Part shown: in pieces, positions 50,253 to 63,679 of the stretch
How the letters are laid out: each line of letters begins with the position of its first letter
Numbering within the stretch: the first letter of the stretch is position 1
NCBI RefSeq assembly: GCF_001194135.2
Contig: NC_068982.1
Coordinates: 5,408,296-5,472,295 of the forward strand
DNA length: 64,000 bases
From: Octopus bimaculoides
Taxonomy: Eukaryota
Direction: 5' to 3'
Made by a program: the position numbers and the translations under genes
The notes under the pieces: generated by a model
The model's database searches: none
What the model saw: the letters and a program-made list of their open reading frames with translations, nothing else
Told to the model about the DNA's origin: nothing

Positions 50253-52407
50253 ATGTATTTACGTCGATGCTTTGGTAATAACCGGATCTTTCAAAGTACA
50301 GTAAAAAAAAAAAAAAACCGTCAATTTTGAATAATTTGTTATTTATTTTATTTCACGCAAGTTTCAAATAGCTTCGAAATTATTTCTGACTATATAGCTT
50401 GTTGCCCGACTTGGTTTCAAAACCTTAACACTGTAATTAACTCCTAATTGGAGTGTTGATGACAATACAAGGAAGACGTTTGCTCTACTCCACCTCATCC
50501 CCTCTTCTCCTCACACATTTTAGCTCTAATCAAAATTATCCCTCCATAAANNNNNNNNNNNNNNNNNNNNNNNNNNNNNNNNNNNNNNNNNNNNNNNNNN
50601 NNNNNNNNNNNNNNNNNNNNNNNNNNNNNNNNNNNNNNNNNNNNNNNNNNNNNNNNNNNNNNNNNNNNNNNNNNNNNNNNNNNNNNNNNNNNNNNNNNNN
50701 TTCACAACAATATCCGATGTCTCTTATACTATCCAGACTTTTTTTTCTTTTAAATGGGAGGCAAGTTGAAAATTCTCGTCGATCCCCACAGTGACCAGTA
50801 ATAAAATTGCAGGAAAAAAAAGTTGCAGTAACAAAGTAACAATTTTGGCCAGGAAAAAAGTCACAGTTAATTTATGAGATCCAGACATCCCCCCCCCCGC
50901 CTCCAGGACAAAAACCCCTGTGACTATTTCCTGTGAATTTATTACCGTAACTTTTTTTTTTTTACCTGAATTCGATCCCACGGTGTGGCACCTCGGGCAA
51001 GTTTCTTCTATAGCCTCCAGACGGCCAAAGCCGTATGAATCGATTTGGTAGATGGGAACTGAAAGAAGCTCGTTGTGTGTGTGTGTGTGTATACACACAT
51101 ATGTTTGTGCGTGTCTGTGTCTGTTTGTTCCCACTCGCTGCTTGATGACTGGAGCTTGTGTGTTTACGTTCCCGTAACCTAGCGGTTCGGCTAAAGAGAC
51201 CGATAGCATAATACCAGTCTCTAAAAAATACAAAAAGAACTGGGGTGGTTTAGTTCTACTAAAAAAAAAAAAATCAAAGGCGGTGCCCCAGCATGGCCGC
51301 AATCTAATGAGTGAAACAAGTCAAATTAAATACATAAGCACACACACACACACATATATACACACATATATATGCACACATATATACACATATATATGCA
51401 CACATACATACACACACATATATGCACACACACGCATACATATATACTCATACACACACACATATATACACACATACATATATACATACACACACACACA
51501 TATATACACACATTTATACACACACTCATACGTACATACACATTAACATACGTATGTGTGTGTATACACATGCGAAGGCGCAGGCGTGCCTGTGATAAGT
51601 TTATTGCCCAGCCAGATGGTTCCGGGTTTTCTGCTTATAGCCTCAGGCTGACCAAAGCCTTTTGAGTGGGGTTGTTAGACAGACACTGAAAGACCATTGT
51701 GTGTGTGTGTGTCTGTGTCTCCCCCAACACCACCACCACCACTACTGCTTGACAACTGGTGTTGGTGTGTTTACATCCCCATAACTTAGTGGTTCGGCAA
51801 AAGAAACCGGTAGAATAAGTATCAGGCTTAAAAAATAAGTACATGGATCGATTCATTCAACTTAACATTGAAGGCAATGCCCCAGCATGGCCAGAGTAAT
51901 GACTGAAACAAGTAAAAGATAAAATATATATGGGCGCAGGAGTGGCTCCTGCGATAAGAAGCTTGCTTACCAACCACATGATCCTGGGTTCAGTTCCATT
52001 GCGTGACACTTCGGGCAAGTGTCCTCTACTACAGCCTCGAGCCGACCAAAGCCTTGTGAGTGGATTTGGTAGACGGAAACTGAAAAAAGCCCACCCTATC
52101 TATCTATCTATCTATCTATCTATATATATATATATATATATATATACCGGAGTAAGCACATGAAATGTGCAACAAGGTGGAAAAAAGAGTACTCAAATAC
52201 CAGAGGTAGAGTAATATGCTTTATTTAAATTCTAACAAAACTGTCCGATGAACGGGAACGTGAAACTCAGAGTAACGGGTTTTTTTGTTATATTTCTGCT
52301 GCTTTTAAATAAAGTAAAGGTTCATGAACTCATCGATGAAACTTATTTTAATTTTTAATAAATTGATTTTAATTGAGTTTTTACTTGTAATTTGGGATTT
52401 TTATCCC

Positions 52408-52459
<52 letters not shown>

Positions 52460-55400
52460 TTTGTATTTGTGTGTTTGTCCCCTATCATCGCTTGACAACC
52501 GATGTTAGTGTGTTTACGTTCCTGTAACATAGCGGTTCACTAAAAGAACCCAGTAGAATAAGTACTAGGCTTACAAATAAGTCCTGGGGTCGATTTGTTC
52601 GACTAAAGTCGGTGCTCCAGCATGGCCACAGTCAAATGACTGAAACAAGTAAAAGAATAAAGAAATATATGGTGGTGGGGTGGGTGGATGAAATAAGGTG
52701 TTTTTACTGCATTTTTGACGAAGAGGAAAAAATGTTTTACAAATGTTCACCACCTTACAAAAACTATACCAAACGACCTTCTCTAAATGCATTGAAAACT
52801 ACGACAGAACACCATTTTAGAAAATTATTACCGTTCTCCTTGAACAAGTTTACCTGGAACAAAATGAGTAGAAGGTAAATTTGCCGCTTCAATTCTCCAG
52901 AATTACATTTGAAGACAGACTTATACACATCAATATCTATCCTTTGACATCAGAAAGATCAGAAATGCAACACAAATTTTAAATATCTTGGTCAAATGAA
53001 AGAGCAGCATGAAAAAATGACACATGGTACGAAATTAACGAAACTCGACAAAGGTAAAAATTCAAAATATTCTATATAGCATCTTCATGACCTGCTGCAG
53101 TGTCTCTCTTCCTGATATATTTACGCACCAAACGGTTAAAGAGAAGAAATTGTTGAAATTAGTTATTACTCATTTTGTGCCATTTAAGACATTTTGTGAA
53201 AATTGTAAATTATCAAATTAGACATTGGTGTGGGGAAAAATTGAGAAAAACAAAGAAAAGAATATTCTTTTCTGCTCAAGGTATAAGGCCCGGAATTTTG
53301 TGGAAGGGTGCCAATCGATTAGATCGACGCAACTGGTACTTAATTTATTGACCACGAAAGGATGAAAAGGAAAGCCGACCTCGGCGGAATTTGAACTCAG
53401 AACATAAAGACAGACGAAATATCACTAAGCATTTCGCCTGGCGTGCTAACGTTTCTGCCAGCTTACCGCCTTTAATATTCTTTTCTACTCTAGGGACAAG
53501 GCCCGAAATTTTGGGGGAGGGTGCCAGTTGATTAGACCGACCTCAGTACGCAACTGGCACTTAATTTATCGACCAGGAAAGGTTGAAAAGCAAAGTCAAC
53601 CTCGGCGGAATTTGAACTCAGAACGTAAAGACAGACGAAATACCGCTAAGCATTTCGCCCGGCGTGCTAACGTTTCTACCAGTTCGCCGCCTTCAGAGAA
53701 AAAGAATATTGATGGTTAAACACCAAAAATTATCCGGATAGTTTATTACCAACCTCAGTTACAATTGGATCAAAGTTGAGCAAAAATTTCTTGGAGAAAT
53801 AAAAGCACATGTCACCTGACTGTTTCGAAATTTGTCAATTCCAACAACAGCTATGCTCACCAATTTTTACTCCCAAAGATGATGCACCGATATAAATTGG
53901 TGATGCAATACTTGCAGAGTAATGATTTCAAATAGGAGGGAGAAAAGAACAAGAAAACGGAATTATTCGTTTTGCCCCAGTTGCCAATTTTGCCCTGCCT
54001 CAAATACAAATAGCTAAAACACAAACAACAAAAGTACAAGAGACGTTCTCTGTGAATATTATTAGGTTGATCCAAAAGGAAAGAATAAATTATGACGTTT
54101 CGGACATAATACTTCTTAAGGTATGGCGCTGTGGAATATTTTTGTTGCAGTTATTATTTTTTGTGTTGTTTAATACACAAGTGTGTGGTTACAGAGTTTG
54201 GCTACCATTTCTAATTGACCGAACGAACTCAGATTCTGTTCGGGAAGTAGTAGTAGTAGTAGTAGCAGTACAGAAGAATGCGATGGAACAGCAAGTTGCT
54301 GCATCCACCATTTATTGGCGATTCCCTGCTCCTGGCGCATGACACCTTTCCACCATTCAAGCGACAACCCTCCAACCCATGGGTTTGTTTGGGTAGTTGT
54401 TGCTGGTGAGGGTTTTACGAGGGTGGAGTGCAAATCCTACCTGAACCTCTTTTAGTCGCCTTTTACGACACAGAGGAAACGTTAGGTTTATTCTTTGGTA
54501 TGATGGTTCCCGCACAACACTAGAAATTATACACTTTTTTTAAGGCTTTTAAATAGGAGAACAAAGTGACAACACAAAGAATAATTTTTATTGTACAAAA
54601 CAAATCTTGTATGACAAAAGTTGGCCGCAGCATGGAGTGAATAAAAATATTCAACTGCAGCCACCAAAGTAGTTAAACTTAGACAAAGTGAAAGTAGTTT
54701 GGTAAACATAAATGGCCTAATTTTTTTTAAGGGTTCACAATTCATTGATCACTCATCGAAGAAAACGTACCCAACTTCTTTTCTACATTAACAGCATACA
54801 ATCATAGCTTTTATATAAAGCAGCCAATACATTAGAGGGTTGCCTAATTTGGATATCTGTGATTAAATAATATTTGAAGCACAGCCATTGGAGTAAAAAG
54901 AACAAATGAATTATTACAAAGCCTAGCTGTGGCTGAAGTAAAATGAATGTAGACACCGTCTTTCTATGCTTTTGATGTACAGGAAAAGGAGCGGGGTATC
55001 TCCTAATGGACCGTTCAGAATCTGGTTATCGTTTCTTATTAGCCATTATTTTCTTTCCATAAAATGTCCACTTTCGTTGGCCATTTTATGGAAAAATAAA
55101 AACGATATAGAAAGGATATTCCAAGGAACTACAATTCTCAGTCGAAGTTTGTTGCGAGGAAACTGCAGGAATGATGCGAAACCAAAAGTGCATTGGACAG
55201 AAACATTATTAAACTTGCTAGGTCAGCCAAAATAATTGGTTGCAACGGAATAATGCGCCTAAACTAAGCAGTTGAAGAGTGTGGATAAATGAGTCTGTCG
55301 CTTGAGTGGTTTGTGTGTGTCGGATGATACGTGGTGATAACTGGTTGAGTTGAATGAAAATAGGTTTCATGGGCTGCATAAAGGAGTAATTGAATAACAC

Positions 55401-58226
55401 CCACGAAAAGATTTTATTCTCGCACACATTAAGTCAAAACTATGTTAGTCTTTGACAACTAACAACAGCAATAATGACATCCTGCGAGAGAAGAGAATGG
55501 AAAACCGCGCTGCATTAGAAGTTGTTACTTATAAGAGACATTGAAGGAATGTTTAGCTCAGTCTGTCCAAGAACCTGGAGACGTCTACGCAAACATCTGG
55601 AACTGTTTGATGTGGGAAAGATGGATCTAACATATCGCTCAACATTCTGCCTGGCATGGGGTGAGACATGTGAAGGAGTTGGCCACTCTCAATGCTCTGC
55701 AAAATGTGTAGACGCCAAAAGCGGCTCTTCCATCGAGCACAAAAAGAAGGTTCTGGAAGAGTGAATCCCACAATGGTTTAATGCTGGTTGGTTGCTTAAT
55801 AGACTGGTCACGCGAAACTACTGGGATAGATTTTGATGTATGACCACCTTTATTGAAAACTTCGTTTAAAAATGCCACCCCCTTTTTTCCTGAAAGTTAT
55901 GAAGAAGCAAAGGTGACTTCTATGCGAATTTTCCGAAACTCCTCTCCCCACCCACAGCAAAACTTTTCCTCAATAAATTCTGATATAACGGTAATCTACA
56001 CCGTCTGAATGGTATTTGTTGAGAATTTCATTAAACAAATCCATTTTTCTGGAATTATGAAGTAAACAAAGTCGGTGGGACGGGGTGGGACGGGGTGGGC
56101 TGTGGTGGTGGGGGTGGGGGCTTACGTATGCCCAGTGTATTGTTGATACTAGTTTTATCAACTCTGAAGAAACGAAAATTACTTTAAAGTGGAATTTGGA
56201 CTCAGTAGAATAAGCGATTACTAATCACTCGATCATAACCCATCTACGGCAACAAATTAGAGAAACACAAAGATTTTCAAAAATGTAGTGGATCGGATTG
56301 CTCTCGTAGGTAGTTTTAAATATTATGTAGCACAAATTATATATATAAAAATTATATATGAAAAGAAAAAAAATGATTAAAAAAAAAAATTTAAGCCGAC
56401 ACTCGGACCCAGTCCGACAACTATTGTAACAAAATTAAGCAGCTGACAGAGCTGATCTCTGCTCAGATGATGTAGAATTGATTGATACAGAATGTATTAG
56501 CAGCATTTTATAATTAGTAAAAGAAATTACTATTATTGTAGCTTACAAGAAATAATAATGGTAATAATATTTATTATAAATCAACTCTGTTCTTTCCGTA
56601 AAGAAGTTAGTTCATAAACAGTATAGAGAAATGACTCATAAATGCAGTTCCGCACAAACCCCGTGAGTTAATATTCGTTTCGGCAAAGCCATGTCAAGAT
56701 TTCACTCTCCCCTATTGAATCTTGAGAATTACTTCCTCTTAGTTTCGGGAAACGATTGTAAAATGATTTATATTTCTAATGAACATCGATAATACAGAAG
56801 ATTTTGATGTTGCTAATCAGACAATGATATTAATTCTCTTCTCCACCACGTATTGTTTAAGTCGGCTTAGAACTAGCTTTAGAATGTACTGTCGTCAATT
56901 TATATTTGAATTGAAAGGATGAAAGTGTTTTAAAGATCGGAAATATCCAACTGTAAAGGCGGAAATATTTCATTTTTTCTTCTTTTTCGTTATTATTGTT
57001 AAGTTGGCGAGCTGGCAGAATCGTTAGCACTCCAGGCAAAATGTCTAGCAGCATTTTGTCCGTCTTTACGTTCCGAGTTCAAATGCTGCTGAGGTCGACT
57101 TTACATTCATCCTTTTTCATCGATAAAAGAAGTACCAGTTGAGTACCGATGACAATGAAATCGACTTTGTCCCCACTTACGACATTTCAGGCCTTGTGCC
57201 AATAGCAGAATGGATTATTGAGCTGGCAGAATCGTTGGCACGCCGGACGAAATGCTTAGAGATATTTCGATCCTCGCTACGTTCTTACTTCAAATTCCGC
57301 CGAGGTCAACTTTGCTTTTCATCCTTTCGGAGTCGATAAATTAAGTACCAGTTACGCACTGGGTCGATGTAATCTAGTAGTCCCCTCCCCCAAATTTCAG
57401 GCCTTGTGTCTTTAGTAGAAAGGATTATTATTATTATTATTATTATGTTTGTTACAGAGGATATTTTGTTATCGTTCAAGATGGCAGGCTGTAATCAGAA
57501 GTTTTATATACATGGGCGATGTTGGTGTGTGTTTACACATTCGCATTGTCGTTTTCATCTAATTCGGAACCTCTCTATTTTAGCTTTCAGTTTATCTGAG
57601 ACCCTTAATTCTCCGTTATCTTTGTCTGTCATTAGCTAGGCCTGTAAGGCCTGTAACTGCGTACATTTGTGAGTTTTCCTTGTTTCTAAATAATTCTGAC
57701 TAATGACCTGGTTACCAGCAGGTAGATTATCTTGTATGACTTCTGAGCTTTTATACAGCGGACAATATATTGACTAATACAGCATTCATTGTTTTTATGG
57801 TTTGTGAAAAGATTTCCGTTTTCTCCTTTTGGTTGAACACACCTCTTAAAGACAAACGAAAACCTCTCACTTGAATAACATACCTGTAGTTTGTCATTGG
57901 CTCTCTATAGATATTCATCTTTTCTCCAATTTAGATATGTAGCTAACCTCTACAGTTGTGCTTAATCTTTTATCCTTCCCCTTAAAAATAATATCTTTGC
58001 AGTGGGTTGCTGTTTTATTGGAATGTTCCACAAATATTTCCTCATTTTTAAATGTATGGATACATTTTGGTGTTTGATATAACCATCAGGAGAATTCTTT
58101 ATGTGAATAATTTTAGCAACAATCTTATATCTCATGAGAAGATTGTACTTTGCAGATGTTTTTTGGACTGCTGCTGCTGTGGATGTTATCTTCCACTGTG
58201 GCACAACCGACATTCATTACAGATAA
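50253..58226 (+). CDS. Speculative 4-exon 73-aa hydrophobic protein (50253-50274, 57591-57668, 58003-58053, 58156-58226)
   Basis: Splice-like sites (ttttcag|, |GTAATA; ctttcag|, |GTGAGT; tttgcag|, |GTATGG; tttgcag|) join in one frame and end in TAA overlapping AATAAA. No recognisable homolog. Confidence 0.2.
50965..51325 (+). mobile_element. tRNA-headed SINE family A (CCTTGGGCAAG core); representative copy
   Basis: About 19 copies or fragments at approximately 1640-1790, 3690-4085, 6630-6780, 9720-10095, 15085-15455, 23575-23885, 24285-24440, 25925-26140, 28275-28560, 31380-31720, 36085-36440, 45385-45915, 51585-51915, 51930-52095, 52455-52660, 60295-60660 and 62875-63045. Confidence 0.85.
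52241..52278 (+). ncRNA. Very compact hammerhead motif (CCGAUGA variant)
   Basis: CTGT-CCGATGA-ACG(GGAA)CGT-GAAA-CTCAGA-GTA|ACGG. Helix II has a GNRA tetraloop and helix III is the near-palindrome ACTCAGAGT. Confidence 0.55.
57005..57425 (+). mobile_element. Tandem dimer of ~210-bp SINE family D (GAGCTGGCAGAATCGTTAGCACGCCGGG...); reverse dimer at 53270-53695
   Basis: Other copies at ~1810-1960, 6795-6930, 16630-16845, 17000-17470 and 59520-59730. Confidence 0.85.
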
Positions 58227-59099
58227 ATAAACAAACAACCAAATAAATAAGCGTGCCATTAAAGTGAACCGTACTGGAAGATTCAAAGAGCAGAGATTCT
58301 GCTTTGAAAATTTTGTGAAAATTGGTTGAAAAAGTGAACAAAGGGAGAGAACAGCGTTTGCGTTTAGATTTTCTCCTCAAGAATTACCAACCAAATGCAG
58401 TGAATTTCAAATTGTTTCTACATCTTACTTTTCTCGGTAAGATACACGCCAAGTCTCAATCAATAACGCTGGTACAGTTACGAATATAAAACTGGAGTGA
58501 AACGAGTTAAATTTATACGACCCGAACCAACGAAGAGAAAACTGAACATTAAATCTATTATGTCCGTAATATTTGTTTAATGGGGGGAAACACGGCTGGC
58601 TTACTGAGTTTCCGATCAGTTTCATTACTTGATTCTAACAAAGTTCTTTATGGAGAAGAGAATATGATTTCATTGTTTCCCAACTTTTCTCTTCATTTCG
58701 TATCAATACTAATGTTCTCAATCATTTGTTCGAGTTCGCCATCAGATTTTGGAATTTACATAATTTTTCGTCTCTACAGCAAATTTGTATCTACACACAC
58801 CAGAACAGAGATTCCACAAACTTTTGCAATAATAATAATAATAATAATAATAATAACCTTATTTAGGGACCTTTTGAGTGGGATGGGCTACTCGACCTGA
58901 AGAAAATTCTAATTGGGCCCCACCTGCGAGGTCATGCGCTGTTTATCTTGATATGAGATCACCATGTGGCGCACATACGGTTGTGATGCATGTGCCTGGT
59001 GTACCCTTATCATCTGTGTAGTCATGATGGGTATAATGGGCTTCGAATATTTGTACGCCAGTGTCACTTTAATGGCATGCTCTGCTCTCTCACTCAATA

Positions 59100-59132
<33 letters not shown>

Positions 59133-60859
59133 ATAATAATAATAAACTTATTGTATACAGTGTTCAGGTGCACTAAAGGCGAATGAACAGAATAATGCAC
59201 TGGAAGGGAACAGTAAATAACTCGCTAATAACATCGCCTTTTCTTCTTCAACTGAAAAGGAAATTTAAATGAATTTTTTTTGTCTTATGTCATAAAGTAA
59301 TAAATACACGCACTGATTCAATATCACTTTATTGTTTGTCAATCGGTTAAACTAACTTAAATCTAACCAACTAACTTATCGATCATCTGTTTAATATGCT
59401 GGTTAAACAGTCAATCAGTTTAACCAACGCATTCAACAAACGATCAATTCGTTGGTTCGTTATTTAACCGATTGACTAACAAAGAAGCGATATTGAACCA
59501 GTGCATATGTCATTCTTTTCTCTTCTAGGCACAAGGCCCGAAATATTTTGGGGAGGGGGGGCAGTTAATTAAATCGACTCCAGTACGCAACTGGGACTTA
59601 ATTTATCGATCCCGAAAGTTGAAAGGCAAAGTCGACCTCGGTTGAATTTGAACTGAGAACGTAGCGACGGGCGAACTACCGCTAAGCACTTCGCCCGGCG
59701 TGCTAACCACTCTGCCAGCTCACCGCCCTTATATGTTATTATGGCATAATGATCCTCTCAAGACGCACGAAAAAGATTTGTCTCAACACACGAATTCACA
59801 TCAAGAATTTTGCAAACCAAAACACAAAAGCGAAGTTAAAAGTATTAAAGCAATTTAGCGCAAAATGCAATACAAGGGAGAGAATTCATGTCAGTTTGAT
59901 AGAATATTTTTAACTCCTTTCACTTAGAGTTGACTGATAGGTTTTAATTGTCTATTAGTAGTGTTTCATTAGTTACACCTACAAAAGAATTGATGTCAAG
60001 GGACGACATGCCATTACAGTAAAAAGAAAAAACAACAAAAACACTACAAAAAGAAAAAGAAAAAAAAGCTCTAAATAAATCCCGCTATGCCATTGTTATT
60101 TCATGCAGGTCATTCGATCTTCGAGACATAGGAACCAAATCTCCCTCAAACCACACCGGAACTTCTTTAACACGACACAGCATAATGTAGTCTTTGCTAC
60201 TGTTCGCCTTTGAAAATTGTTTAGTTACAGATAAATCTGACCTGATCTGATTATAGGCCTATCGGATTAGTGTTGGCCGCGATCTAATCTCTTATCTTTT
60301 ACTTGTTTCAGTCATTGGACAGCGGCCATGCTGGGGCATCTCCTTAAAGGGTTTAGTCGAGCTTATATCGATCCCAGTACTGATTTTTTAAAGCTCTGTA
60401 TTTATGCTATTGGTTTGTTTTGCCGAACCGCTAGGTTTCGGCACACATAAACAAACCAGCACCGGTTGTAAATCGGTGGTGAGAGGGAACAAGCATAAAA
60501 ACACACACGACGGGCTTTCAGTTTTCTTTTTCCAAATCTACTCACAAATCTTTGGTCGGCCCAGGGTTATAATAGAAGACACTTAACCAAGATGTAACGC
60601 AGTGCGACTGAACTTAAAAACGTATGGTTGGGATGCAAACTTCTTACCACACAGCTACGCCTGCATCATTTACTCTCACTTCATCGTCACGCGTCCATTT
60701 ACTTTCATCGATAACCTTCCATATTCTCCGATTGTCAAATTGTATAATAACACAGCTTCTATCATTTGGTTCTCCTCAAGGGGAGATATTTTTATCGGTT
60801 TTTAACCCAGGCATTTTACTCTGCTTTCTCAACCGTCTAAGAAAGTTGTTGAAAACCAC

Positions 60860-61350
60860 CTAGGAAAACAAACTCCTTTCTCTGCTAAACCTTAACACGC
60901 TGCTGGCGAGAGTGGAAATCAAATAGGAAGGCTACCTTGTTCGAATGCCTGACACGCGAATCCTGAAGAAACTGTTTTCCAGCGAAGTGGTGAAAAGCAA
61001 GGTGGACAGAAAAAAACCCTCTTTAAGGATACACTCAAAGCCTCAATAAGAGCTTTTGAAACCAACCCAGATACCTAGGAAACGCAAGCGCAGGACCGAC
61101 CTGTTCAGCGAAGGTGCACCAACCGACATGCCACCTCCTACGAACAAAACAGAAAACGCCAATTACGCAAGTTCAGAGCCGATTCCTTGTCTCCTGTCCC
61201 AACAGAGTAATAGTGTCCGACCGGCGACGGAAACTTCAGAGCACTTATCGGACCAATTGGTGACAGCCGGACACACCTTGCTCCGTCTTCTTCCGTGTGA
61301 TATTCTTGGTTATCATCGACGACAACAACTGACGAACCAATATCACGGAT
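60860..61350 (+). mobile_element. 3' end of an RTE/BovB-like LINE
   Basis: GYLVRMPDTRILKKLF, QGGQKKTLFKDTLKASIRAFETNPDT*ETQAQDR and a degenerate C2H2 (CPT..GNFRALIG..DSRTH). Confidence 0.8.
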
Positions 61351-61895
61351 TTTTTTTTTAATAAATGGTGAGTTATCTCCCTTGCAACACCACAGCATAT
61401 AAATGGCCATCTAGTGGAATGTTGTGGAAGAGGATTTCTTGTCACGTGGTTCTCCGTAGAACAGCAGAAAATCAGATATTGATACCGAGACGTTTACTAT
61501 GATATCCCTTAATCTACGGACTATTTCCAGGATGACAGTCACGTAGGTCATTACTATTTCATGTAAATCCAATCCCACCAGTCAAGTCGACAGTCCGTCT
61601 ACCGTTACAAAAACAATTTCAGTAAAATGTAAGTAAATCTGTCAGCCAAAGGAATAAAATCTTTTCAATACACGAAATGTAAACCATTTGTAATCAACTC
61701 TAGTCATAAGAAAAATCGTACTCAAATCGTACACAAAGCTTAAAAGAAAAAGAGTCGCTCGCCATTAATACGGAGAATAAAATTGCAAATCGAGAGTTAC
61801 CTCCCCTATACAACAAATTGATTTTGTACAGCTTGGAATTGAACGGGTGTTCTTTGATTTTGCTCTTTACGAATCTTCCTTTACATCTGTCTCTC

Positions 61896-61969
<74 letters not shown>

Positions 61970-62865
61970 TAGATATTGGTATCTAATGAATGCGATGGGT
62001 ACTCTACTGAACCTCTTCGTCCAATTCACCTGTTTGAAAAGATCTCATTAAGGTGGGTCCTTACGTTACATTGGCAGTGTGGGGTTCCTCTCTCTTACTG
62101 AAAATAAACGCTACATCTTCAAACTCCTCTTGAATGCTTGGCAGCAAGTGAATGGTACTAGTACTTTTTTAAAAAATGGTTCAGTTAATTCTTCTTGTGC
62201 ATAGCCGCACCGTACTGTAAACTCTTGGTAAATTAACATGATGTTCCTCCGTAATATGCAGATTTTCAGATACTGAACGTGTGCAATTGTAGCATTTAAT
62301 TGAGCCATTTAAATAAAACGCAAACTCATCACTTCAAAGAGAGTTTGTTGGAAAGAGTGCCATATTCCACACATCTTGCCAAGTCCATGCAAAAGATTCC
62401 ACTTTTCGAACAGGATCATTTTCATCGAGAGCATGGACTATTCTTGAAAAATAACTTTTTCGATAAAAGCGATTCAAATTGCAATGGATGCTTGTTTTTA
62501 CAATTCCTATCTCACGTCTCGCTTGCCGCACAAATTTTTTTCAACTCTCATAATACGTACACTTTCTTGTTTTGAAAGGCTCGTCGAAGCCCGTGGCCTT
62601 CCGGAACGCTTGTTGTACACATTCTGAACAGCTCCACCAACTTCAAACTTATCCCTAATTCCAGTGATGGCAAGTTGCGTAGGGAGATCAGCTCGAAACT
62701 TCCTCCTGTCTTCGCACTTCGACTTTCAAACTTCCAGTAGCTCTTTAGAATAAATTTCTTTCGCTCGCGCTGCTCCCTTCATTATTTCTAATGAGTTAAA
62801 ACTAAAACGCGATGAAAATCGAGTTACCAGCTCTGAAAGCGTGTATACATATCTGGGACACCCTG
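61970..62865 (-). mobile_element. Decayed Tc1/mariner-superfamily transposase relic
   Basis: TIR-like CAGGGTGTCCC at 62865. Frameshifted relics ERKFILKSYWKFE, KRSGRPRAST and GTPHCQCNVRTHLNEIFSNR*IGRRGSVEYPS resemble QDGAPPH...WIGRRG...PPRSPD. Confidence 0.75.
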
Positions 62866-63460
62866 TGCATATCTTTTATCTTTTACTTGTTTCAGTCAGA
62901 CTCGGCCATGCTGGAGCACCACCTCGAATCGACCCCAGTACTTATGCTTTTAAGCCTGGTACTTATTCTATCGGCCTCTTTTGCTGAACTGCTAAGTTAT
63001 GGTGACGTAAACACAAACACATCATCACCGGTTGTGAAGCGGTGATGGGAGGCGCGCGCGCACACACAATGTGTGTGTATGTATATATAGAGATTAGAGA
63101 CAGGTATTCTCTGTATAGAATACACTTTGTAGTGCTCAAGAGATTTGAACTTGAACAGGTAGAGGAGTAAGTGTAAGGACAAGCAAGTTAGACAAGTCGA
63201 TATACAAAAAATATTAAATACCTTTAATAAAAAAATGTACATATGCATATCATATAAAAAAAGTCCGACTTACACAGAATGGAAATGATAATCAGGAATT
63301 AAAGAGGTTGAGTAGGAGTTTTATGAGTCCAACAGCTGTTTCTGGGGGCTTGGTGGTCACAAATAATGATTGTAACTTGATTCCATCATGGGATACCACC
63401 AGTCTACATCTTCAGGGAAGAATTTTACATTTGAGGTGTTACTTGTCCTCACATTTACTC

Positions 63461-63497
<37 letters not shown>

Positions 63498-63679
63498 ATT
63501 AACCTTCGCACTGGTCAAAAGGGATAAACATCTTTCTGGTGAACATCCATAATGCCTGAAGAAATGAATCCATGAAGATGACCAACCCGATGCCCACGGA
63601 TACTATGCTGTAATCATCCCAGGAATACGGACTGTGAACTTAAGAGACATTTGATTTGTGGAAACGCGTATTGTTGTTG

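Noticed and set aside
55522-55764. 80-aa ORF in unique sequence
   Set aside because: No recognisable motifs or splice context; length is within random expectation.
58156-58230. Signal-peptide-like mini-ORF MFFGLLLLWMLSSTVAQPTFITDK
   Set aside because: Stops after 24 codons with no donor to extend it; the hydrophobic run comes from a (CTG)n repeat.
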